Shown here: piece after piece, positions 43,080-56,400 of the stretch
Numbering within the stretch: position 1 is the first letter of the stretch
Layout of the letters: each line of letters starts with the position of its first letter
Assembly (NCBI RefSeq): GCF_037042905.1
Contig: NC_087252.1
Coordinates: 26,538,001 to 26,602,000 of the forward strand
Source of the DNA: Lytechinus pictus
Lineage: Eukaryota
Length of the DNA stretch: 64,000 bases
Direction of reading: 5' to 3'
The notes under the pieces: model-generated
Databases searched by the model: none
What the model saw: the letters and a program-made list of their open reading frames with translations, nothing else
What the model was told of the DNA's origin: nothing
Position numbers and translations under genes: made by a program

Positions 43080-43980
43080 CACCACCGCCACCTCCACTCT
43101 CATCCTCCTCCTCCTCCTCCTCCTCATCATCATCAACATCATCATCATCATCATCACCACCACCATCACCATCAACATCATCCTTATCATCATCATCATC
43201 ATCTCCACCACCATCAACATCACCACCACCACCATCATCCACATCATCATCATTATCATCATTATCATCATCATCATCACCATGCCCACCATCATCATCA
43301 TCATCATCACCATCATCCTTATCATTATCATCATCATCATCGTCGTCGTCGTCGTCATCATCACCACCATCACCATCAACATCATCATTATCATCATCAT
43401 CATCATCATCACCACCACCATCAACATCATCATCATTATCATCATCATTATCATCATCATCACCACCACCATCATCATCATCATCATCACCATCATCCTT
43501 ATCATTATCATCATCATCATCGTCGTTGTCGTCGTCATCATCATCACCACCATCACCATCAACATCATCATTATCATCATCATCATCATCACCACCACCA
43601 TCAACATCACCACCACCACCATCATCATCATCATCATTATCATCATCATCATCATCATCATCACCACCATCATCATCATCATCATCATCATCACCATCAT
43701 CACCATCATCACCATCATCATCACCACCATCATCCTCATCATCATCATCATCACCACCACCATCATCATCATCATCATCATCATCACCATCATCCTTATC
43801 ATCATCATCATCATCATTATCATCATCATCATCGTCGTCGTCGACGTCATCATCATCATTATCACCACCACCATCACCATCAACATCATCCTTATCATCA
43901 TCATCATCATCATCACCACCACCACCACCATCAACATCACCACCACCATCACCACCACCACCACCATCATCATCATAATT
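43080..43980. repeat. (CAT/CAC)n compound trinucleotide microsatellite
   Basis: ~900 bp of CAT/CAC/CGT triplets, producing spurious poly-H/D/I/M/S ORFs in several frames. Confidence 0.95.
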
Positions 43981-45697
43981 ACGACCATGATTTTTCTGAA
44001 AATATACTTCAAGAAAGGACTGGCCAAACTGCTGGGTAAAAAGCACCTGACGGAGAACATTAGAATGTCGCCCTCTACTGTTTAAAACAGTACAGTTGGT
44101 ACATGCTTGCAAACGCCCACTCACACGACAAAAATCCTGTTTTAGCACAAACATATGGTATGTGGTCTTTGGTATAGTAGTAGCTTTTGAAACGGACTGT
44201 GCTGCCCTAACGGAGAAGTACACCCTGACGTCATATTGGTTTTTAAAATATAACAGAAATATAAAGAAATATATTAATGTAAATGAGATGAAAACCACTC
44301 AAAGAATAGGAGAGTTGTGTATTTTTTTTAAATCTGTGACGTAATATTCAAACGTGCTCTTAATGCGTGCATCAATATCATATAAATTCAATAAAGTGAT
44401 ATTTTATATATATAAAAAAGAAAATTACGTTCATCTTTTCATTCACTACTAGTATTCAAAGCCCCTCTAAGTCTTCCATAAAGTGTTAATAATTGTAAAC
44501 CATGGGAAAAAATATGCGGGGGCTGGAGGCGAAATGCTAAAAATAGCCCTAGAAACTTTAATAAGGAGCCCCCGAAAATCTCCATTGATTGCAATGTAAA
44601 AGCTCCTTGGTAGAGCTCATCCAATGTTGCAGATTCTGGCAAAATTCGCGATAAGTATCCCTCAATAAAAAAAAATTTTTTGGCCTGATGTAAACTATAC
44701 TTTCAAGTCCGAATCAATATGTGTAAGAGCCCCTTTAATCTTTTTTTTTTCTTCAAACGTTCAAATTATAAATTTTGAATTGTTTCATATGTAACGCCCC
44801 CTGCCAAGGTTTTTTTTTCTTTTAAAATGTCCTTTTGATATCAATTATCATGAATTATGAACCCAAAAGGCTATAAAATATGACCAAGTTGCTTGCAATG
44901 TGATAGCCAAAAAGAAATGTGCCAAAAATTCAATATTCAGATACCCCTTTATCTTAAAATCTTCATCTCTTTTTATCCTCTTTTAAAATCCAGTTTGCCA
45001 TCAGGGGAAATACCCTTTTTTCATCAATCAAATTCTCTCTTTCTATCTTTTTCACACTATTTCCCTTTCTTTCCAATCTACGCACCAATACCATCTCCTT
45101 TATGCCTTTTACCCTCCATCCTCTGTTCAATAGGATACAAGAAATATTCAACGAGTTTGGGGGATTATTGCATGAATCAAAGACGAGAGCAATATTGACC
45201 CTAACAAATAGATATATCTGGTATCCCCATGAAGAAAAATCACCCAATGTAGTCATATCTTTGACAATCACGTTTCATTTGACCATGCAATACGACATAA
45301 TATTGCCCAGCAAGTTTTGTACATAGCATATGAGGAATTTGTCATATTTCAGCGCATTGCGCAAAACCCTGTAATATTACACAGACATATCGTGCAGACC
45401 AAAATATCTTTTTTAAAGACCCTATCATGTATTATCACTTACACTTCATAATACACGTATATGCAAAAAAATATACACAAGGCTAAATAGGCAATCACAA
45501 AGGAATTATATAAAAGATGACTTTTATTTTGTAAATAAGCTAACAAATTGTTTTGATATCTCGTGACAATATCTCACATTACATCCCTTTTATCAGCACA
45601 TAATTGACTGCAATTCACAGAGCTTTAGAATATGAAATACAATCATACGTCCTGAAACAAGTCAATATAATCTCTGGGGGGCATGCTCACACTTTCG

Positions 45698-45900
45698 TAT
45701 GGGCAATTCAGTAAAATAATCAATCTTGTGCGTCCGACCCCACTTTTCTCAAGTTTTACTTCACTTCATGAACTGACCAAGTCATGGTCATTTGAGAACA
45801 TTACACACTGTCAAAAGAACCATAAATCAGAGACAGAAAATGTTGATGAAGGTCCCAGAAACATGGGGTCGGACGTACATATTTTATGGAATTGCCCATA
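45698..45900. mobile_element. MITE (TATGGGCAATTC TIRs)
   Basis: TIRs at both ends; a second copy lies at ~50227-50414. Confidence 0.7.
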
Positions 45901-47413
45901 TTTAAATCATGTGTTAGGTGACTACAGTCATTCATACATAAACAGTTGTATGAAGCACCTCCCGAGGGTGTTTCACAAAGATTAAGACTCGTGGTTAAAG
46001 GTTAATGCACACACGGTGTCTAACACATAACGTCATAGACAACTATGCAATAGTGCGCTTTCAACAAGCATGATCTGATGAGGGAATTCCTGATCTGACC
46101 AACGCAGCGAAGTGTTATATGCTATACGCAAATGGGAATTCCATTGTGATTTTTATCCCACTTAAATCTTTGTGAAAACACCCCCTGGTCTGAAAGGGGT
46201 AGATCACTTCTAGAAATGTCACTCAACTCAAATTGAAAAGACTTGTCTGTACCTCAAAAAAGATAAAGCTGATATGCATTTTCAGTCAATTTGACACTCT
46301 TTTTTGCGCCAAAAGTCTATTGACCCACTGAACACAATTTGACTCCAAGAAACTACACATATTTCATAGACCTTTGTGTCTGGGCTATCAAAGGTACTTA
46401 TCTTTGAATTAACAAGAAAGAAAATGAAAAACAAAATGAAATATATTTAAGTTGACTTAATGTCAAAGAGTATCAGAACTAGATGGAAAAAAATACAAAT
46501 AAACCATTAAAATAAACTCAGTCCAAATTCATTGAAATCATAATAAAATACTCTTTAAAAAAGTGAAGCACAAATATTTTCTTCCTTATATCAAATAAGT
46601 ACTTCTATATTTTTCATTCATCTTTCCTCTTTTTACATAATTGATTTAAAAAAAAATTCACAATCTCAAGGATGCTCCGAATATTCATGAATGCCAAAAG
46701 TCTTGAAAATTATAACACATAATCGTACAATATGAACATTATTTACAGGAAAGAAAGCATTAAAACAGATTAAAATATTAAAATAATAATAAATGGTGGC
46801 CGGTCACAAACATGATTTGATTATATAGTGCACCCATTTTGGCATCATTAGAACAATTTACATCCTAAAAAACACAAGTTATCAAAACCGTTTGATGATT
46901 TTCCAAGTATTTTTCTTGAAGCTCTTTTTTTAATGTTTCGGGAACTATTTCATGAAAGTTGCCAGTTCTTGCAAAAATGTCATTATCTGGCAATTACCAC
47001 AGTAACAGCCAGTCAAGACTTGGGAGAGTTTTAAGATCTAGCAACATGTCGGATGACAAGGAAACCATCTCCAGGTCAATATGATGTAATATTACTTTCT
47101 GGAGCAAGACAAAACTGTTGTATTGCCGTCTACTTTGCAGCAGGGGTAAGCTTCAGACATTCCAACATCGATGCAACCAAGCTTGATCAGCTGTAATCAT
47201 TTAACAATGTCCAGTGGTGAGTATAAGTCTTTAGTTTTATAAACCTGATGGCCTTTGATGATGTTGCAACATGGTGATGAAGACAGAATAGTTTTGATAT
47301 TGTTCCATGTAGAATCTTCAACATCGTTGGGGTTTGGTTGGGAAGCTATGCAGCTATTTTTGCCATCAAAGTTTGTCTGAATATTTTTCTTTCTTCTTTT
47401 TTTTTTAGTCTCC

Positions 47414-47435
47414 TCACTTTTTCTTTGGTGGTGCT
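47414..47435 (-). CDS. FBL: FBL exon 10, coding part (R)APPKKK-stop
   Basis: tctttcag|AGCACCACCAAAGAAAAAGTGA; phase 2 matches exon 9 and the end resembles the vertebrate YRPPPK tail. Confidence 0.9.
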
Positions 47436-50400
47436 CTGAAAGACAAAACATACAAGAAAGTGATATGAGACGAAATCAATATTTTTTTGTCTATTTATAC
47501 AGAAAGAGAACATCTTATAAATCATTAGGGCCCCGTCTTACAAAGAGTTACGATTGATCCAATCAATCGATACTCTCTGGAAATCCATCAGTGTCATCAT
47601 TTTTTCTACGGGAAATGTGCACAATGTCAACAAAGAGAAGCATAGTGAATTTTCAAGACAACGATGAATGCATGAACATACATCATAGCTAGAAAATATT
47701 TTGAACAAACATGCATAATAGATGTTGACATCGCTGGTTGTCCATAGTTGCGATCGATCAGATCAATCGCAACTCTTTGTAAGACGGGGCCCTGATGGGT
47801 GTTTCATAAAGCTTGACTGGAACGTGTTCTCATGTCGTAAGTCAGCTACATAGGGATATATCACTTAGCCCAAGAAAGGGTCACCAGTCATGTGCAAATT
47901 CATTTGTTACTTACGAACAGCTTAATGACACTCCCACCTGAGCGGTAAACCTTTATACAAGTTAGTGATCCAGTAGCACAAAATTTATAATCTTTTTAGT
48001 AGAAAAGAAAAGAAAACTTTGTTGTGGTTCTGATGTAATTATTCTTAGACCACACTGAATGATAATTAACTCAAATATGTAATGATATTGCATAAGTTTT
48101 CTCTTGGAAATGAATAAGTACCAATTTAAATTTGCATTTCAACATGCATTTACAAATTGACTAAGTTTTTAATCTTAGAGCATTTTCTCTTCACAGATAC
48201 AAGTCAACCCGATAACTTCATTCCATAGCTTACCTGTACACTCCAACGACGACGGCGTGGTCTCTCTCGTAGGGTTCAAGGGTCAACTGCTCCTGGGGCT
48301 TGAGTTTCTCCGCTTGAAGTTTCTTGACCTCTCCGGCAAACACCGCTTCAGGTTGGGCCGTGGAATCGATGCAGTTGGCCTGATGGACGAAAACAAATAC
48401 AATTCAGTCTGTGTTATTCAAATCCCTTGAGACCATAGAAATCTTATTGATTCAATTCAACTTAATGTTAAGTAACATGCTTTGCACATCCAGTACCCTG
48501 ACTCACAAAGAGTTGGGTTTGATCTTATCAACCAAAGCTATGGAAAGCCAATAATGATAGTATATAATATATAAATTTATAGAGAGCAGAAACTATTCCA
48601 TAAAGTATATATTCTACTGCGCTATTAAGGACTCCTATAAAGCTTGTTATTAATTAAATAGATGTGTTTTGAGCTTTGATTTAAAGTTGTTTACCGATGG
48701 TGCTTTCCTAACTTCCAGGGGTAAGCTATTCCAGAGCTTGGGGCTACACAAGCAAATGCTCGATCACCTAGCGTTAATTTTGTTTTGAAGGATGGAATCT
48801 GTTAAAGCAGAGGATCCACTGAACCGCACAAATTGTGACCATGATTACTGGTTTTATGCCTCAATAATTCTATAATCACAACAGCTGAAATGCAGATGTC
48901 TGACCAAAAATGTTCTCTATATACTGATGTATATTCATGCATGCACCAACGTCTTGACAATTCAATGTGCTCCCTCTGTGTTTACAATGGGGCAATGTGC
49001 AAATTTCATACAGGAAAAAAAGAATGAAATTACTGGCTTTCCATAGTTGAGGTTGATCACAATCACAGCTCTCTGAAAGATGGGGGACTGGGCTGATGAA
49101 TTGCTTTGGCCGAGGTGATTATTTGACTCAAGGAAGGTCGACTTAACGCGATCATTTCCCTTTGTTCTTATTTTAAAAAATTCTAATTTTGGTTCTTCAA
49201 AATGGGCTAAACATTAGGCTTATAGTGTAACAAGTGGAATGCCTCTGGCCGTCTCACCTGCATCACGCGATTCAATATAGCAGCAGTGCTGATTTTGAAA
49301 ACTACTATAACTCGCACAAGATGTTCAGTGATACTTGGTTACTCTTATTTCCACGTTTTATGAAGTAGACCAATACACTTATAGAGATATGATGGCAATT
49401 CAACAAATACCCCCAACGTGGCCAAAGTTCTTTGACCTTACATGACCTTTGACCTTGATCATGTGACCTGAAACTCGCACAGGATGTTCAGTGATACTTG
49501 ATTACTATTATGTCCAAGTTTTATGAACTAGACCAACACACTTTCAAATTTATGGCTGTAATTCAACAAATACCCCAATTTGGCCAAAGTTCATTGACCC
49601 TAAATGACCTTTGACCTTGATCATGTGACCTGAAACTTGCACAGGATGTTCAGTAATACTTGATTACTATTATGTCCAAGTTTCATGAATCAGATCCATA
49701 AACTTTCAAAGTTATGATGGTAATTCAACAGATACCCCCAATTCGGCCAAAGTTCATTGACCCTAAATGACCTTTGACCTTGGTCATGTGACGTGAAACT
49801 CATGCAGGATGTTCAGTGATACTTGATTAACCTTATGTATAAGTTTCATGAACTAGGTCCATATATTTTCTAAGTTATGATGACATTTCAAAAACTTAAC
49901 CTTAGGTTAAGATTTTGATGTTGATTCCCCCAACATGGTCTAAGTTCATTGACCCTAAATGACCTTTGACCTTGGTCATGTGACATGAAACTCAGGCAGG
50001 ATGTTCAGTAATACTTGATTAACCTTATGGATAAGTTTCATGAACTAGGTCCATATACTTTCTAAGTTATGCTGTCATTTCAAAAACTTAACCTCAGGTT
50101 AAGATTTGGTGTTGACGCCGCCGCCGCCGTCGGAAAAGCGGCGCCCATAGTCTCACTCTGCTATGCAGGTGAGACAAAAATACCATCCCAAAAGTTTCAA
50201 AGTATTATATCTACAGGAACTATTTTGGGCAATTCCATAAAATGATCAACCTTTTTGTACATCCGACCCCCATTTTTGTCACTTCACTTCATAAACTGAA
50301 TAAGTCATGGTCAATTAGAGAACATGACAGACTGTCAAAAGAACAAGATATCAGAGACAAATGTCAAGGTCCCACATATAGGGGGTCAGAGTACATATTT

Positions 50401-53400
50401 CATGGAATTGCCCCTTTCAAATTTTGGAGATGTACATCAAAGTTTGAAAATAATTGGGGGTTGGTTTCAATGACTATGTGCATACAGCAATCTTTGCACC
50501 ACAACACATAAACTCTTCATGAACACAGCATGACCAACCTACAGTGTGTACAAGGTACACTGAATGTACATACAGTGCAGCTAATGATAGTGTGTGCATT
50601 GGAGATACAGCAGAAGGCAGTCAACACAGCCAACAGACTTTTTGAATCAAATTGGAGAAAACTGGTCATAAGCTGAACCCATCTTACAGACGGTTCTCAG
50701 AATCAGGCTACTTGTATCTAAACTAGAGTTTTTCATCCTATATTGTGGTCTGTTTTAAGGTTTTTGAGGACAAATACAGTCACTCATACACATGTTTCAT
50801 CTCAGTTTGAGAATTTTTTATATCAGCTGCTCACAAAGTAAAACGATCCCTTTAAGCAGACTCTCTTGTACACAGGAAACATGTATTTCTCGTAACAGTA
50901 AGAATACAAATATAAGCTATGTGTCTCATACATCGATCTAGTATTTCTTGAAGGTAAAACACAATAATTGAAGTAATTTGAGGAAAAAAATGAACTTAAA
51001 GATAAAGGGCACTAGCGCACCAAGTGGGAATCAAACCTGTTACAACCCCCATGTGGACAATTGCAAAAGCAATTTAGTACAAGAAATTAGAAGGCACTGA
51101 CAATAATTAGTTTTGTCTGCATGATTAGTTTGTCATGAAAAACTGACCTTAATTGAGATGACAAAGTGGCCTTCATTCTTGAGGAAGTTATGGGCGTTGA
51201 TGGCGACTATCCTGGCTTGGTCTGGCTGTGCGACGTCAGCAAATACACAGTCTACCATACCTATAAAATAAAATAAATATGCAAGCGTACTGTTATAAAG
51301 ATAATTGAAAGTAGTTGCGGTAAATACTGATTTCAAAAGAAAGTCTGTAAAACTAAGGCTAATTGTTACTATATCACAGGAGATCTAAATGTGGTGCACT
51401 TACATGAAATGAACTTTGTGAAATCATTAATTAGCTGAAAAGAAAAATCACATCGAAGATCCTCTACACAGATAAGCACATGTGGGACAGTGTACTATTC
51501 TTGTTTGGAAAACGACCTGACATGTTAGTTGAATTTCATGTTTGTTTTGCCAATTGCTCAGCAATTCACAATTTGTTCCAGAGTCTATTGAAACATATCT
51601 CTTTATTTATGCAAACAAACACTTTGGAGGTCATTTCATTGAATTCTGTGTAAACTCATTTTGAAATCATTACAACTGACATTTATCTTTAATTTCAGAT
51701 GGTTTGAAAAGTAGTGGCTGCACAATGAAAACCTGAAAGGGCAAGTTTAGGAGAGGAAGGGATTGACTGAGGTGAAGATCAGGGATAAGGACGATTGCCC
51801 AGAGTGATAGGAAAATCTGACCATCCCTGTTCAACAGGAACAAAACCTTGGAACCTTGAACTAACTGACCAACAGGTAGATAAACAGTAATCTATCAAAT
51901 ACACATCTTAAAATTTGGCATTCTTCGGAGTCCTTATTTAAGATGAAACTCCAAACTATTAACACAATCAAAATAATCATGAAAGTAGCTATCATCTTAC
52001 AGTGCACTCATTAACCAAGTCACGAAAGACAGTCATAATAATTTTGATGGTCGACCTGCTGGAAAAAGAATAGATATTCACCGAGTCACCAGATTTTGAA
52101 TTGATATATACGTACCGACCAACATTCGGTATTTGTGTGGATGTCTGGCGTCTTCTATAATCGGAATGATGTTAGTTCGTTTCTTCGCTACGTTCATGAG
52201 ATCACGCCCTGATCGATGTGAGAACTCTACTGCATAAACTAACCCCTCCTGAAATGAGCAAAGAGTATGTTACAATTAAAATCACTACTAACATATTTAT
52301 TACAATTATACTTTCCATTATGAGCAGATACAATTTACAACCACCAACATTATAATCATTGTTCTCATCATCATTATCATCATCATCGCCGTCATCACCA
52401 CCACTCTCATCATCATCACCATCCTCATCACCACCACTCTCATCATCACCACCACCACCCTCATCATCATCACCACCAACCTTATCATCACCATCATCAT
52501 CATCATTACCACTACCACCAACCTAATCATCATGATGATCATGATGATCACCACCATCTTCATCATCATCATCATCATCACCACCACCACCACCACCTTC
52601 ATCATCATCACCACTACCACCAACCTAATCATCATTACCACCCTCATCATCATCCGCATCATCATCATCACCACCAACCTTATCATCACCATCATCATCA
52701 TCACCATCATCATCATCACCATCATCCTCCTCACTACCACCAACATCAAAAACATTCATGACAACTACAAACACTACAATCACCACCACCACCGCCATTC
52801 CTCCTTACCGGTCCAACCAGATCCGAGACATGAGACACCGTCGTCCCTGATGCAGCACCAAGGTACAGAACCTTGCTTCCGGGTTTCATGTGTATGTGAT
52901 CCACGCCACCCAAGATGGCTGCTGCTAGCTTCGATCGGAAAGGGTTCCAGGCTCTGTACTCCAACTTCTTCTCTCCCTCCTATTAAAGGTAAATGAAAGT
53001 AGTTGCAGTGAACAGTTGTTGCATGAGAAAGCCTGTAAAACCACGGTTTCATTCTCACAATATGAGCCTAGATCTAGATCTGGTACAGCTAGGTTAAATT
53101 CTGTGAATTCTAAACTGAAGATCTGCAACACAAATAAGGACAACGTCTGTCTGGGATGCCATGCTTATGTTGTTGCTAATTTCTCAGCAATTACACAATT
53201 TCTTATAAACAGAATACAGATACCTGGGCCCTGTCTTACAAAGAGTTGCGATTGATCCAATTCAATCAATCACAACTATGGAAAGCCAGCAAAGTCAACA
53301 TAGAAAATGCATGTTTACTTGAAAAAATTCTAGATATGAATGTATATCCATACATTCATTGATTTCTTGACAATTTGGTGTGTTCTCCTTTGTTTACAAA

Positions 53401-56400
53401 GGACATTTTGCAAATTTCCTGTAGAAAAAATTATGACACTGATGGATTTTCTATAGAGTTACAATTGATTGGATCAATCGTAACTCTTTGTAATACGGGG
53501 GCCCTGGACGGCCACTTCACTGGATTCTGTACAGATTCATTTTGAAATTATTACCAAAACTGACATTCATCATTCAGGGTGAAAAAATCATCAGGGATTA
53601 ATGCAATATGGAGTTGGATGGACGAGATTTCTGCAGGCTAGGCACAGCTCATGACATCATTATCGTAATTAAAAAAAAAATGAATGCCTTCTTTCCATTT
53701 AAAATTTGACTTCTAAATCATTTTAAGAGCCCCACCATATTTTTCAAAATCACGTCTACAACAAAAGCATGAAAATGAAAGCTGGGGGGGGGGGGGGTGA
53801 CTTACCTCAATACTAATCCTCTTCTCTCCATAGACTGATTCCCCAGGCACCAAGTTCTTGGTGACCAATGCATCCTCCTTGCCTCTTGCAATAAACACAC
53901 CTGAAACAGAGAGAATGGACTGGTAAAGGAGTCTACAGCAGAACAATGATCTCTCCACAGCTCACTGTACTTTGAACTGCTTAGCAGGAGATCCAAACAA
54001 ATGACAATCAATACTGCTAATCTCTATGGATAATCCCTTTTAATCCTTGCTTTGTGGTCATTGTCTAATATACACCAGCTTGGGACTACATGTAATCTAC
54101 ATGTATGACAGTACCATCAGAAAATTTGCATGTGGCATTTGAACTTCTGCGAGAACAAAACTTTTTAAGCAAAGCATTATCTTCATGATATCTACACAAG
54201 AAAATCCAGACTTCTTTACGAAATACCTAGAAATGAATTCGTAAATTCATGCATTATTGCATGAGCAAAGGGAGTGATACATTCAATATTAGAAAGATAA
54301 AGATCAAATATTATTTAACATCAATGATTCTGAAGAAACTTTATAAGTCAAGGAGTGTACATCTCACCATCTGACTAAAAAATAACACCAAGTTGTAGGT
54401 CTTTGTACTCTTATTCTAAGAACTGACTTACCAACCAAACATGTGAATCTCTTTGAGGATGTGCGTAACACGGGTGTTACGGCTCAGACAATAAACAACT
54501 TTATCAACAACTTGACTTCGGATCAAAGTGAAGAAATTGTTTTTGTTCATCATCGCCAATAACAAGGTCCCTTAATTAAAATTCATTGTTTTTTCTTAAA
54601 ACCTTTCATAATGAACATATTAGTGTCGAGAATGACTAACGTTTTTAAAGGGACCCTACACTCGCAAGAGTAGGTCAAAACTGGAGCTGAAATTGAGAGA
54701 AAACATGACAAGATCTAGTGAGTAAAATAATCGCTGCACTAATTGCTGATAAAGTTAAGCAATACTAAAATCCTTCTAAATAAATCATTATAATTTTTAA
54801 GAAAAAGCTTAAAAACTGCAGGCTAGTTTCATGATATCATCTCCTGGAACCCTAGCCTATAATTTAGGCAGAAATAGCTGCTATACCTCTGCTGCTACGC
54901 TAAAACCGGTGACGCGACATTTGCTCCTGCAACAATTGCTCCGGGCTTTATTTCTTCTAAGATATAGGGTTAGATTTAGTGTCAGGTTCAGGATAGGGTA
55001 GTTTTACATTAAGGGTTGAAGTTGGTCATTCCAATTGTGTGTGGAATTTATAGGGGAGCAATTGTCGCCGGAGCAATCATGGAACCCTAAAACTAAGCAA
55101 TACGTCTGATACAGCAAAACTAAGAACAACAAAGGGTGCAAACATCTTGCTCTTCATTTTGTTTTCTCTTGCATTAAATCAGAGTCGCTGAACACTTGTA
55201 GCCCAACAGCAAAGATATAGCTAAAGCCTCGACCTAATACAGACTACTAGAACCTCTGAAAGTATTTATGCAAATAATTACACATTTCCAGTTTTATAAA
55301 GACAAAATTACATTAGGAGAACAAGGAAATAAGAAAATACCTTGAAGTCTGTGAGGTTCTATGACGACTCTAGCACCACCTCGCATCCCACCGCGACCAC
55401 CTGTAGTAAAAGAAATTCCATGGCCCAGAAATTACTTCCCCTTTCACTTAATGGTATCTTCAATAATTTTACCAAAAAATATTACCAATAAAATATCATT
55501 CAAATCAAATTTTATTCATTTTAAACAGCAAAAAAAAACAAAAAAACATACGAGACAAATAATAATGGGAAAAAACATAACAGAATATGGAGGCATATGG
55601 AGGGAGATAACAAAAGCAAGAATATTTTCACCTAAGTTATCCCCTAAATAATCAAAATATAAGCTAGTAAAAGGCGACCAGGTGTTCAATACAATATTGT
55701 TAATAAGATATGCAGATTGAAAAGGTAAACAAAACGATACCAAGGTAATATTTTCCTGATTCATTCATGTAAAATATATATCTTGAAATAATAAGTTTGA
55801 TAAAAAAAAATCTTCTCTTTTCATGAAGTTGGACCTCCACAATAGGGAGTTTACGCTTCCACTACGAAATATGCCTTTGGGAGCATTGAGAATGTATTGT
55901 CAAGTGCCCTTCATAACGAAACAGTCTTTGTCGAGAGTTATAGTGAATCAGAGCAGCAGATATGTCCATGACTCTCGACGAACAACATATTTGTAATTTT
56001 TCGTCAGCTCAGAAACTTGCGACAAACCTGCTGTTCTGGGCCCCATCTTACGAAGAGTAACTCTATGGAAATCCATCAGTGTCATAATTTTTTCTACAGG
56101 AAATTTAGCACAATGTCCTTTGTAAACAAAGAGAAGCACAGTGAATTTTCAAGAAAACAATGAATGCATGAATATACATCATAGTTAGAAAATATTTTGA
56201 ACAAACATGCTTTAAAGATGTTGACGTTGCTGGCTTTCCATAGTTGTGAATGATCGGATCAATCGCAACTCTTTGTAAGACAGGGCCCTGGATCACCAAT
56301 TTTCGACAAAGACTTCTTAGCTGTTCATCGTCTTTGACGGGTATTTGTAATGCACTCGCTGTGTGCTTGAGCCCGTCCCCTTTGCAGTTGCAAAAACTAC

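Noticed and set aside
42898..44298. 466-aa poly-Asp ORF and overlapping poly-His/Ile/Met/Ser ORFs
   Set aside because: These are by-products of a stop-poor trinucleotide repeat, open in several frames on both strands, with no non-repetitive domain.
49300..50100. CRISPR-like array or independent satellite
   Set aside because: The context is eukaryotic, the units are whole tandem repeats without unique spacers, and they are internal to a HINE-like element.
52318..52755. Met/Val-rich ORF in FBL intron 6
   Set aside because: It is a microsatellite; exons 6 and 7 join in frame without it.
53588..53662. Third C/D snoRNA in FBL intron 5 (ATGATGT...CTGA)
   Set aside because: The C box is imperfect, there is no convincing terminal stem or C' box, and I recognise no rRNA complementarity.
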